Virus record (IMG/VR): IMGVR_UViG_3300034060_000588
Coordinates: 18,962 to 82,961 of that record
Source: a virus
Length of the DNA stretch: 64,000 bases
Reading direction: 5' to 3' (one strand)
Shown: positions 49,808 to 58,264 of the stretch, in pieces
How positions within the stretch are numbered: the stretch's first letter is position 1
Layout of the letters: every line of letters begins with the position of its first letter
Translations under genes and position numbers: made by a program
Notes under the pieces: generated by a model
What the model was told of the DNA's origin: nothing
The model's input: only the letters and a program-made list of their open reading frames with translations
Database searches by the model: none

Positions 49808-50320
49808 TTATAATCCTTTAAATTCGTTTGGACCTACTGGTGCGGCAATAATAGTCCTATAGAATGGTTTATAGCCTTTGTAAGTATGTTTAAAATCAGA
49901 TGTAATCCTACCGTCATTAACAACAGAGTAATATCTCACAAAATTTTCACTATCATAATAACCAATATAATCACCAAAAGAGACTTCTATGTTTAGATCG
50001 TCTAAAGTTTTATTGTAAACAGAAATAGAAATGTTACCGGGTTCCATTTGATCCATTTTAGTTGACCCCAAAAATTTATTTTCTGGCGCTGCAATCTGAA
50101 CATAAGCGTTAAACTCAATTGGTGGAAAGAATTTAATGCCGTCCTCTAGGGTTTCACCATAAACATCGTCAGTTTTAATTTTTGTCCTATCTATACGATA
50201 TAAAACACAAGTAAAATTCAAATCACCAACCAACCACTCCTGACCCATCTCAACCTCAAGTCTAAAGTCGTCTTCACCAAAAAATTTTCCGAGTCTTGTA
50301 ATAGGAACTTTATTTGTCAT
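49808..50320 (-). CDS. Putative neck / head-closure protein
   Basis: 170 aa. VLYRIDR..TDDVYGE...GDYI pattern and position suggest a gp14-like protein. Confidence 0.5.
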   Translation of the reverse strand: MTNKVPITRLGKFFGEDDFRLEVEMGQEWLVGDLNFTCVLYRIDRTKIKTDDVYGETLEDGIKFFPPIEFNAYVQIAAPENKFLGSTKMDQMEPGNISISVYNKTLDDLNIEVSFGDYIGYYDSENFVRYYSVVNDGRITSDFKHTYKGYKPFYRTIIAAPVGPNEFKGL

Positions 50321-50341
50321 ACCGTTTTTTCTTGATAAATA

Positions 50342-50370
50342 TTGATTTTATTGTTATTTTTATATATAAC
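50342..50370 (+). promoter_or_regulatory. sigma70-like promoter for the SNF2 helicase
   Basis: TTGATT-N17-TATAAC just upstream of the TTG start at 50379. Confidence 0.5.
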
Positions 50371-50378
50371 TAATAATT

Positions 50379-52139
50379 TTGGAATCACAAAAACAATTAA
50401 TAGAACACAAATCTCTTGATTTATTGGACTCATATAGTGGAGCTAATAATCATATTCTTCATATGAAGACCAAAAAAGAAACGAATAAAAAGTTTTACCC
50501 TACAAGGACACAAGCGGAATATGTTGTAACATATTTTGATACAAAACCTAAAGTTGCTCGTAAGTGGGTTGAACTTGACCCATACTTTGCTAAAAAGTTT
50601 GCTCAAGAAAGGTATCTACTTGAAACACCAGAAAAAATTTACATTGAAAAACTACTTGTTGAAAAAGACAAGTCTTATCATATTTGGGGTAAGTTTTTTG
50701 AAAAGGATGTTTTGTCTGAATTTTGGATACCTAAATCATCTTTAATTAAATCACAAACGGTAGATGAGGTTAATATTGACTACTCTAAATACGATCACAG
50801 ACCACCACTATCACATCAGATAGAAGCAATAGAAAAACTTGTTGGGTCTAAACGATTTATATTAGCTGACGATATGGGGCTTGGTAAGACCACATCCACA
50901 ATAATTGCAGCACTTGAGACTGGTGCAAAGAAAATATTAATTGTTTGTCCGGCATCACTTAAAATAAATTGGGAAAGAGAAATTGCAAATTATTCAGATA
51001 GAACCTGTTATATTGCGGAAGGTAAGAAATTTTCAACTGAAGCCGATTTTGTTATTGTTAATTATGATATATTAAAAAACTTCCACAATAAAGAAGATAA
51101 AGAAAATTCACTATTGTTACAATCTAAATTTGAACTTGTAATACTTGATGAAGCACATATGGTATCAAACGCTCAAGCACAAAGAACAAAACTTATAAAT
51201 GATTTTACAAAAAATGTAAAAAGAGTTTGGTTACTTACTGGTACACCAATGACTTCTAGACCGATTAATTATTATAACTTATTAAACCTTATTGAAAGTC
51301 CGGTCGCACAAAACTGGATGGCTTACGCAATTCGTTATTGTCAAGGTTTTCAGTTTAGAGCCGGAAATAGAAAGATATGGAATGTGACCGGAGCCTCAAA
51401 CCTAGAAGAATTAAGAGATAGAACATCAAAACAAATTTTAAGAAGATTAAAAGAAAATGTGTTAGATTTACCGGATAAAATTATTACACCAGTTTATTTA
51501 AGGACATCGTCAAAAGAATATAAAGACTTGATGGGTGAGTACTATGAGTGGTTAGAAAATAAAAAAGAAGAATCATCATCACTTACCATTCAGTTTTCAA
51601 AAATTATGAAGGTAAGAAAGGTAATTGCTAATGAAAAAGTAAAAGACACAATTGAGTTCGTTCAAAACATCATAGATCAGGGAAAAAAAGTTATTATCTT
51701 TACAAACTTTACCGACACACTACAACTAATACATACCCACTTTGGTAAGGAATCGGTTTATTTAGACGGTAGTTGTAATAAAGTACAAAGACAGTACGCT
51801 GTTGACCAATTCCAGGAAAATGAAAAAATTAAAGTTTTTGTTGGGAATTTAAAAGCTGCCGGTGTTGGTCTTACTTTAACCGCGGCTGAAGTTGTGATTA
51901 TGAATGACTTATCATTTGTACCAGCGGAACACGCACAAGCAGAAGATAGGGCGTACAGATATGGTCAAAAAAACAATGTCCTTGTTTATTACCCAATATT
52001 TGAAAATACAATAGAGGGTGTTATCTATGATATATTAAATAAGAAGAAGAAAGTGATTGGCACCGTAATGGGGGATGAATTACAAGAATCTGGTGACGTT
52101 GTTGAGGAAATTTTAAACTTGATCAATAAGAAAATGTAA
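50379..52139 (+). CDS. SNF2-family (HARP/SMARCAL1-like) helicase
   Basis: LADDMGLGKT, DEAH, LTGTP, AAGVGLTL and QAEDRAYRYGQ motifs. Confidence 0.92.
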   Translation: MESQKQLIEHKSLDLLDSYSGANNHILHMKTKKETNKKFYPTRTQAEYVVTYFDTKPKVARKWVELDPYFAKKFAQERYLLETPEKIYIEKLLVEKDKSYHIWGKFFEKDVLSEFWIPKSSLIKSQTVDEVNIDYSKYDHRPPLSHQIEAIEKLVGSKRFILADDMGLGKTTSTIIAALETGAKKILIVCPASLKINWEREIANYSDRTCYIAEGKKFSTEADFVIVNYDILKNFHNKEDKENSLLLQSKFELVILDEAHMVSNAQAQRTKLINDFTKNVKRVWLLTGTPMTSRPINYYNLLNLIESPVAQNWMAYAIRYCQGFQFRAGNRKIWNVTGASNLEELRDRTSKQILRRLKENVLDLPDKIITPVYLRTSSKEYKDLMGEYYEWLENKKEESSSLTIQFSKIMKVRKVIANEKVKDTIEFVQNIIDQGKKVIIFTNFTDTLQLIHTHFGKESVYLDGSCNKVQRQYAVDQFQENEKIKVFVGNLKAAGVGLTLTAAEVVIMNDLSFVPAEHAQAEDRAYRYGQKNNVLVYYPIFENTIEGVIYDILNKKKKVIGTVMGDELQESGDVVEEILNLINKKM

Positions 52140-52176
52140 TTTTATTATTTTTTATATATTTATTAAATAAATTATT

Positions 52177-52569
52177 ATGAATAGTAGAAGTCAAACCAAA
52201 ATTAGAAAAATACAACAAATAAATTTGTTAGCCGAAGAACGATATTTAAAAACCAAAGGGTTGTTATATGAAGGACCCCAAGAAGACGTTTTAAAATGTT
52301 TTACAGATAATGGTGTTGAAGAAAGTTTAATACCAGATTCTTGTAACCCACAAGGGGTTGGACAAAAATTTGATATTACAGCTTGTGCTGCGGCATTACC
52401 AGGTGTAATTACTAGTGTTCCGGAGGATAAACAAGAAGCGTTAAAAACGTGTCTAATGAATTTAGTTACAATGAATGTTGATTTTGGTGATATCCAAAAC
52501 ACAATAAACAAAGGTATTAAAATGGGTACAGATATTCTTAAAGGAACTGGTATTGGTATTAAATTTTAA
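52177..52569 (+). CDS. Hypothetical protein with four Cys
   Basis: 130 aa with its own TATTTAT motif and a downstream terminator. Confidence 0.6.
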   Translation: MNSRSQTKIRKIQQINLLAEERYLKTKGLLYEGPQEDVLKCFTDNGVEESLIPDSCNPQGVGQKFDITACAAALPGVITSVPEDKQEALKTCLMNLVTMNVDFGDIQNTINKGIKMGTDILKGTGIGIKF

Positions 52570-52592
52570 TAAAACATTTAAAATATTAAAAC

Positions 52593-52618
52593 ACCCCTTC
52601 TAACCGGAGGGGTTTTTT
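52593..52618 (+). terminator. Intrinsic terminator
   Basis: accccttc/ggaggggt stem followed by a T-tract. Confidence 0.75.
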
Positions 52619-52641
52619 ATTTTATATTATATTTATAGAAT

Positions 52642-53724
52642 ATGGACGTTTCTATAAAATGTAATAAATGTGATTTTGATAACAAGGATTTAGATCTTTA
52701 TAAAAGATTTATTAATTTCTTAAATAAGAATTACCCAGTTAAAAAGAAAGTTGAGGTAATTTTTTCTGGTGAAAGAATTGGTGATATGACAACCGGATCT
52801 AGAACGGATAATAACGAATTGAGAATCCTAACAAAAGGACGAATGAATCGTGACATTATGAGAACACTAGCCCACGAATGGGTTCACGAGTGGCAAATGT
52901 CAACAAAGGGTATGGAAAAAGGACCAAACATTGGTGGACACAGTGAAGATGAGGCAAACGCTGAAGCCGGATCTGTTATTAAAAAATTTGAGGAAAAACA
53001 CCCACATAAGGAAAAAACAATCTACGAATCTTTAACAAATAAAATTAATCTAATTAATGAACAATTAATTTTAGAAGAAAAGAAAACCATTAGGAAAGAA
53101 TTTTTAATGGAAATGAAAAAAATAGGTATTGAAAAATTACCTTATTCTTATTCGGCACTAAAACAGTTTGTTGATCCGGAAACAATGGATATTCACTATA
53201 ATAAACATTACAAGGGGTATGTTAAAAAACTGAATGATGCTTTATCAAAAAAGAAATATAAAGATGTTGAATTGGAAGAAATTATTCAGTCTATCAGTAA
53301 GTACGACACAAAAATAAGAAACAACGCAGGTGGTGCTTTTAATCACGCCTTATTTTGGAAAATGTTGTCACCAAAAAAACAACTACCAAAAGGAGAAATT
53401 CTTGAGAAACTTACCAAACAATATGGTAATATAAAAAAAATGAAGGACGAGTTTAACCAAGTTGCCACAGATAGGTTTGGTTCTGGTTGGGTTTGGCTTG
53501 TACTTACAAAAACAAATAGGTTAAAAATTATGTCAACACCAAACCAAGATAACCCACTTATGAATATCATAGACGGTGGTGGTTATCCATTACTGGGACT
53601 TGATTTATGGGAACACGCCTATTATTTAAAATATCAAAACAAAAGAGATCAATATATAAAAAATTTCTGGAATCACGTAAACTGGGAATTTGTAAATGAA
53701 TTGTATTTGAATAGAACTAAATAA
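52642..53724 (+). CDS. sodA: Fe/Mn superoxide dismutase fused to an N-terminal HExxH domain
   Basis: LPYSYSAL, HYNKH, AGGAFNH, FGSGWVWL, NQD and DLWEHAYY. N-terminal RTLAHEWVHEWQ...EDEANA. Confidence 0.88.
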   Translation: MDVSIKCNKCDFDNKDLDLYKRFINFLNKNYPVKKKVEVIFSGERIGDMTTGSRTDNNELRILTKGRMNRDIMRTLAHEWVHEWQMSTKGMEKGPNIGGHSEDEANAEAGSVIKKFEEKHPHKEKTIYESLTNKINLINEQLILEEKKTIRKEFLMEMKKIGIEKLPYSYSALKQFVDPETMDIHYNKHYKGYVKKLNDALSKKKYKDVELEEIIQSISKYDTKIRNNAGGAFNHALFWKMLSPKKQLPKGEILEKLTKQYGNIKKMKDEFNQVATDRFGSGWVWLVLTKTNRLKIMSTPNQDNPLMNIIDGGGYPLLGLDLWEHAYYLKYQNKRDQYIKNFWNHVNWEFVNELYLNRTK

Positions 53725-53748
53725 TTGGATATTTATAAAGAAAAAACT

Positions 53749-54882
53749 ATGTCTATAATTTCTGAACCCGAAAGAACAAATTTGTTCACAAAAGTACGTC
53801 ATCTACTTGGCGCACCGCTTAGATCCGTTGAATTAGAAGACGAACAAATGGATACATTACTTGAGTTCTCAATTGATGAATATTCACAATATGTCCAGGA
53901 TTGGTTAATAGAATCACAATGGACTTCGTTATATAATTTGAATATTGAAACACAATCGGTAGCAAAGGCGTTTATTACAAAAAGTTTAGATTACGAAACT
54001 CGTTATACTTACGCTTACTCTAAAATTGTTGGACTACAAGCTGGCGGAGAATGGGAACTTAAAAAAGATTATATCCAGTTAGTACCTAACCAACAAATTT
54101 ATGAAATCCCCGCAAATAGAGAAATTAATGAGTTATTGTGGTTTAGTCCACCAACATTAAATAACACTATGTTTGATCCGTGGTCATTCGGTTCACTAGG
54201 TTATGGTGGAGGCCTTGGCGGTGGTGGAGGTCTAGCACAAATGGGTGGTAATATGGCCGGGTCGTATTTTATGACACCAGCGTTTGATATGCTGTTAAGA
54301 ATGCAAGAAATTAACATTCAAAGAAGAATTATTGCCGGTGATTTAACATATAGAATTACCGCACTTCCTGGGGGCAAAAAAGCAATACACTTAATGAACA
54401 CGCCTGGTGGTAAGTTTGATTTTGGTAACGGAACACTAACCAAGGGTAAGGTATGGTATTGGTATTACGACACCACTAATGGTGGTAAAGACGATTGTTT
54501 AAAACAAAATCCAGATATCATTACATTACCGTCTGACGTACCATTTGATAAAATGAATTGGGACGAATTAAATAACCCAGCACAGGTTTGGGTTAGAAGA
54601 TGGTTTGTTGCATACTGTAAAGAAACTTTATCTAGAGTTCGTGGTAAGTTTAGTGGCAATCTAAAAACTGGTGACGGTGGTGATTTAACTATGGATTATC
54701 AGTCTTTAGGTACTGAAGCAAAAGATGAAAAAACAAAATTAATTGATGAATTAATTGGTTCAGAAGGTAGACTCACAAGATTAAAACCGGAAAAAGTTAT
54801 GGAAAGAGAAGCGTTAATCGCAGAAAATCTCAATAAACAGTTGAAATTTAGAGCGATGCCTAGACAAATATATGTTATTTAA
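53749..54882 (+). CDS. Neck / head-tail adaptor protein (T4 gp13-like)
   Basis: VRHLLGAPLRSVELEDEQ at the N-terminus and KETLSRVRGKF near the C-terminus. Start moved to ATG 53749, after the TATTTAT motif; the track starts at TTG 53725. Confidence 0.7.
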   Translation: MSIISEPERTNLFTKVRHLLGAPLRSVELEDEQMDTLLEFSIDEYSQYVQDWLIESQWTSLYNLNIETQSVAKAFITKSLDYETRYTYAYSKIVGLQAGGEWELKKDYIQLVPNQQIYEIPANREINELLWFSPPTLNNTMFDPWSFGSLGYGGGLGGGGGLAQMGGNMAGSYFMTPAFDMLLRMQEINIQRRIIAGDLTYRITALPGGKKAIHLMNTPGGKFDFGNGTLTKGKVWYWYYDTTNGGKDDCLKQNPDIITLPSDVPFDKMNWDELNNPAQVWVRRWFVAYCKETLSRVRGKFSGNLKTGDGGDLTMDYQSLGTEAKDEKTKLIDELIGSEGRLTRLKPEKVMEREALIAENLNKQLKFRAMPRQIYVI

Positions 54883-54884
54883 TT

Positions 54885-55238
54885 ATGAAACCAAGAAGAA
54901 TCGTAATACGAAACACACCAACAACACAAAAAGAAGATGTGAAACAAACAACTTCATTTAAATATAAAATAATAACCTCATCTAGTTATGTTGCGGTTGA
55001 CGAAGATGTTATTTTAGTTAAAAAAACAAAGAGTTGTCAAATAACACTACCTTTAAACTTCACAGAAGGTAAAAAAATAAATATAAAATCTTTTACAAGT
55101 ACATTAATTGTTCCGGAAAAAGGATTAATAGATGAGGATTGGGAAGAACTGGCTTTAGAAAATGGTTCTTCCGTACAACTTATACTAATAGAAGGTAGTT
55201 GGTATATATTATCAAGTGATGGTTTAAAAATGGGTTAG
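54885..55238 (+). CDS. Small beta-rich hypothetical protein
   Basis: 117 aa. DVILV...ITLP...GKKINIK...W pattern resembles fibre-associated beta domains. Confidence 0.5.
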   Translation: MKPRRIVIRNTPTTQKEDVKQTTSFKYKIITSSSYVAVDEDVILVKKTKSCQITLPLNFTEGKKINIKSFTSTLIVPEKGLIDEDWEELALENGSSVQLILIEGSWYILSSDGLKMG

Positions 55239-58165
55239 ATATATTCTTCCCACCCCTCTTCGGCTAATTCGTAAATATATTGTGGGTTTATACCAACATT
55301 TTCCCAAAAAACAACTTCACCTTGTTCCATATCAATTAGGTCTTTTTGTATATCGTCCTGGTCTTTTTCCTCAAATGGAATCCCATTTATTAAAATACAC
55401 TGATCTTTTGTGAAGAATGGTCTATCTTCTGGATTTTTAACTAAAAGACCATCCCTTACTTCTTCTTTAAAAACAACAAGTAATGGCTCAACCCTTTTAT
55501 TAAAAGTTGCAATCGCTCTTTGGATATTGTAATTACCGGTTAAACCTGGGTTACTTTCTAATTCTTGGGGGTTAATTCTATAACAGTTTAATTGTACAAC
55601 AGAACCGACAAGATCAGAAAACGCTCGTTGGTATGCCGAATCTGTTGGAATACCTGTGTTTGCTTCTTTATTTGGTGAGTCACTTCTTACCCAGTTATCA
55701 TCAGACCAAGATTGTTCCCATCCATTTTTAAGTAAGAATTTTACTTTTTCTTTATGACTTTCATTAGTTTGGAAAAATAAATTTAAGTGTTCTTGTGACC
55801 AACCCTTCTTTGGTTTATTAACTTTCTGAACATCACCGTGTGACGCCTTTGTTCCGTTGTTTACATAATAGATTACATCACCAAGACTAACATTAAGTCC
55901 TTCATTAATTGCAAGTTCCATATGTGCTTGTCTTGACATAAAGGCGCCAGCTTTTGTTTTGGTTTTACTTCGTTTAATGTAATCATCAATTGATTGTTTT
56001 ATTCTTGCTTTACTCGCAATATCAATAAGTGGTATTTTTTGATCAAATATTTTTTCTAGGTATTCATAGTACCACTCAACAAATCCTTGACCGTCACCAT
56101 TAAGTAAAAGTTTAATTCCTTTGTCTAAAAAAATCTCAATATACTTTGGCATCTTTTTAGATTTAATACTATTTCCCGTAAGTTTTACTTTACCTCCGTG
56201 TTCTAGTGTTGCATAGTTTTTACGAGCTAAGTTAATACAAGAATCCCAAGTTCCGTCACAATCAAGCCCCATTGTACCACGCATGAACCGGTCGTTAAAT
56301 TCGGCCACATCAGCATCATACCCAGTATATTCTTTTCCTTCTTTAACTAACCAGTTAAGACCACGACCAATATATTTTCTATCTTCTACACCACCATCTG
56401 GTAAAGAAAAGTTCATACCATCCGTATCGCAGACTAACGGCGTATAACCTCTTTTTACAAAGAATTTTAACATTTGTCTTAAATATTGTCTTCCGGTACA
56501 CGTAATCTTTTCCCCCATATCCATATCACCCCAAGGAAATACTTGTGGCGCTGACAACGCACCAAATAATGAGTTAATAAAAATTTTAATTGGTAATTGT
56601 TTTGTATCAAATGACTTTGCTTTCTTTTTATCTATTGCTTTATATTCTGATGCCAAGTTCTTATACATAATACGACTATCCCTAAAATAAGATAATAAAC
56701 CCTTCATTACACCAGTTATGTCCGATTCTGGGAATACATCGTGTGTTAATTGAATTGAGGGATAAAGTGAGGAGTAGTCAAGTTTTAAGACATTCCTTGA
56801 AAACCCTGTTTTAAGTAGTCTTGATAATCCACCAACAAAGTTTCTTTTTTCTTTTTTCGCCGGAATTGCAAGACCGTTTTTATATGACCAAGCAAGCATT
56901 ACAAGCTTCCAGATTGTTGCCGTACCCATTGTTGATACTCTTTCATATGTTGTTGGGAGAAGTGACGCCAGAAGAAAGGATCCTTGGTTAAACTCCTCAT
57001 CAACAAGTAATGTTTCTTCCAAGTCATCGTCCAAGTAACGCTCAACAATATCGTCACCAGTTGTTTTGATGTAAATGTCAGCTCTTCTTGAACATACCTC
57101 ATCTATCTTTTCGTCGACACCAACCTTTTTATATTTACCGTTTTCTATGTTTAACCAATACTCATTTTTTTCGGCGTACATAGGACCGATTTTTGTATGG
57201 TCAATATAAACACGGTCTTTAGCTTCACCGTCAATAAATTTTGTAATGTATTTAAGACCCGCTTCTTTAATTGACGAATTAATTGCTTGAGCTCTACGAA
57301 CCGAATGTATAATATCAATAATGTTATAACCCCACATTTGAGTTTGAGTAAATTTCTCAACCTCATTACCAAGTTTTAACATTGAGTCCTTTTGTGTTAT
57401 TGACCGTTCTCCGTGAAGTGACTTTGCAATTTTTTTAATATCAAGATTTAACATTTTACACCTTTCGTAAATCCAATACCAGTCAAAGTTTGCCGAATTA
57501 TAACCGGAAATGATTGATGGTTTTATTTCGTCTATAATTTTAAAGAACTCAACAAGTCCTTTTCGTTCTTCGTCTTCATTTGAACACTCAATTACTTTTC
57601 TATAACCGTTGTTTGTTTTAATCCCAATCATAAATATACGACCATCCTTTGGTTCTAAAGAGGTCGTCTCAAGGTCAAATACAAGTCTGGTAATATCATT
57701 GTATTCATCAAACCCTTTAAATAATCTTTTTTCTTTTGAAATTAGGAATTGTTCTGTTGGTGTTAACATTAAGAATTTATCTTTTGCTTTTTCACCCCAA
57801 GGATCAATACCACCATCTCTAAAAAATTGTGATAAGGATCTATACCCTTTTAATGATTTAACAAGGAATGTTAAACCTTTTTCTAATTGCTCATTCCCAT
57901 CTGTCCTTAATTTCTCAATAACAATACCATATTTTGACATTGCTTCTTTTTGTAATGCTTTTGAACCTTGATAAAAATTAAGCCCACGTAAGTCACCAAC
58001 CCACGCAAACGCAATTAAACTATCTCTAACGATTGATTTTCCCTTTCCGGGTACTTCTTTGATTTTATAAATGTGGTCTTTTTGATAATCAAACTCTATT
58101 GCCACAATGTGTTCTTCAGGATCGTTTCCTTCTAGGAACGATTTAATTTCTTCTGCCGTAATCAT
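55235..58165 (-). CDS. polB: Family B DNA polymerase
   Basis: Exonuclease motifs FDLETT and GYNSANFD. Polymerase motif A DYSSLYPS, B KIFINSLFG, C DTDG. Confidence 0.95.
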   Translation of the reverse strand: MITAEEIKSFLEGNDPEEHIVAIEFDYQKDHIYKIKEVPGKGKSIVRDSLIAFAWVGDLRGLNFYQGSKALQKEAMSKYGIVIEKLRTDGNEQLEKGLTFLVKSLKGYRSLSQFFRDGGIDPWGEKAKDKFLMLTPTEQFLISKEKRLFKGFDEYNDITRLVFDLETTSLEPKDGRIFMIGIKTNNGYRKVIECSNEDEERKGLVEFFKIIDEIKPSIISGYNSANFDWYWIYERCKMLNLDIKKIAKSLHGERSITQKDSMLKLGNEVEKFTQTQMWGYNIIDIIHSVRRAQAINSSIKEAGLKYITKFIDGEAKDRVYIDHTKIGPMYAEKNEYWLNIENGKYKKVGVDEKIDEVCSRRADIYIKTTGDDIVERYLDDDLEETLLVDEEFNQGSFLLASLLPTTYERVSTMGTATIWKLVMLAWSYKNGLAIPAKKEKRNFVGGLSRLLKTGFSRNVLKLDYSSLYPSIQLTHDVFPESDITGVMKGLLSYFRDSRIMYKNLASEYKAIDKKKAKSFDTKQLPIKIFINSLFGALSAPQVFPWGDMDMGEKITCTGRQYLRQMLKFFVKRGYTPLVCDTDGMNFSLPDGGVEDRKYIGRGLNWLVKEGKEYTGYDADVAEFNDRFMRGTMGLDCDGTWDSCINLARKNYATLEHGGKVKLTGNSIKSKKMPKYIEIFLDKGIKLLLNGDGQGFVEWYYEYLEKIFDQKIPLIDIASKARIKQSIDDYIKRSKTKTKAGAFMSRQAHMELAINEGLNVSLGDVIYYVNNGTKASHGDVQKVNKPKKGWSQEHLNLFFQTNESHKEKVKFLLKNGWEQSWSDDNWVRSDSPNKEANTGIPTDSAYQRAFSDLVGSVVQLNCYRINPQELESNPGLTGNYNIQRAIATFNKRVEPLLVVFKEEVRDGLLVKNPEDRPFFTKDQCILINGIPFEEKDQDDIQKDLIDMEQGEVVFWENVGINPQYIYELAEEGWEEYI

Positions 58166-58172
58166 AATATAC

Positions 58173-58258
58173 TATTTGTTTGGTCTATTCTCTGTCATAC
58201 ATAGGGATGACATTTACCTTATACAAATAAATATAAAATAATAATTTTACTTTGTCAA
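58173..58258 (-). promoter_or_regulatory. polB promoter and structured 5' leader
   Basis: TTGACA-N17-TATATT (58258 to 58230). Leader hairpin TGTCAT-8nt-ATGACA (58193-58212). Confidence 0.65.
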
Positions 58259-58264
58259 TTTAGA

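Noticed and set aside
16919-58165. Inteins or self-splicing introns in RNR, helicase, RecA or PolB
   Set aside because: Lengths are ordinary, catalytic motifs are contiguous, and I saw no intein termini or embedded endonuclease.
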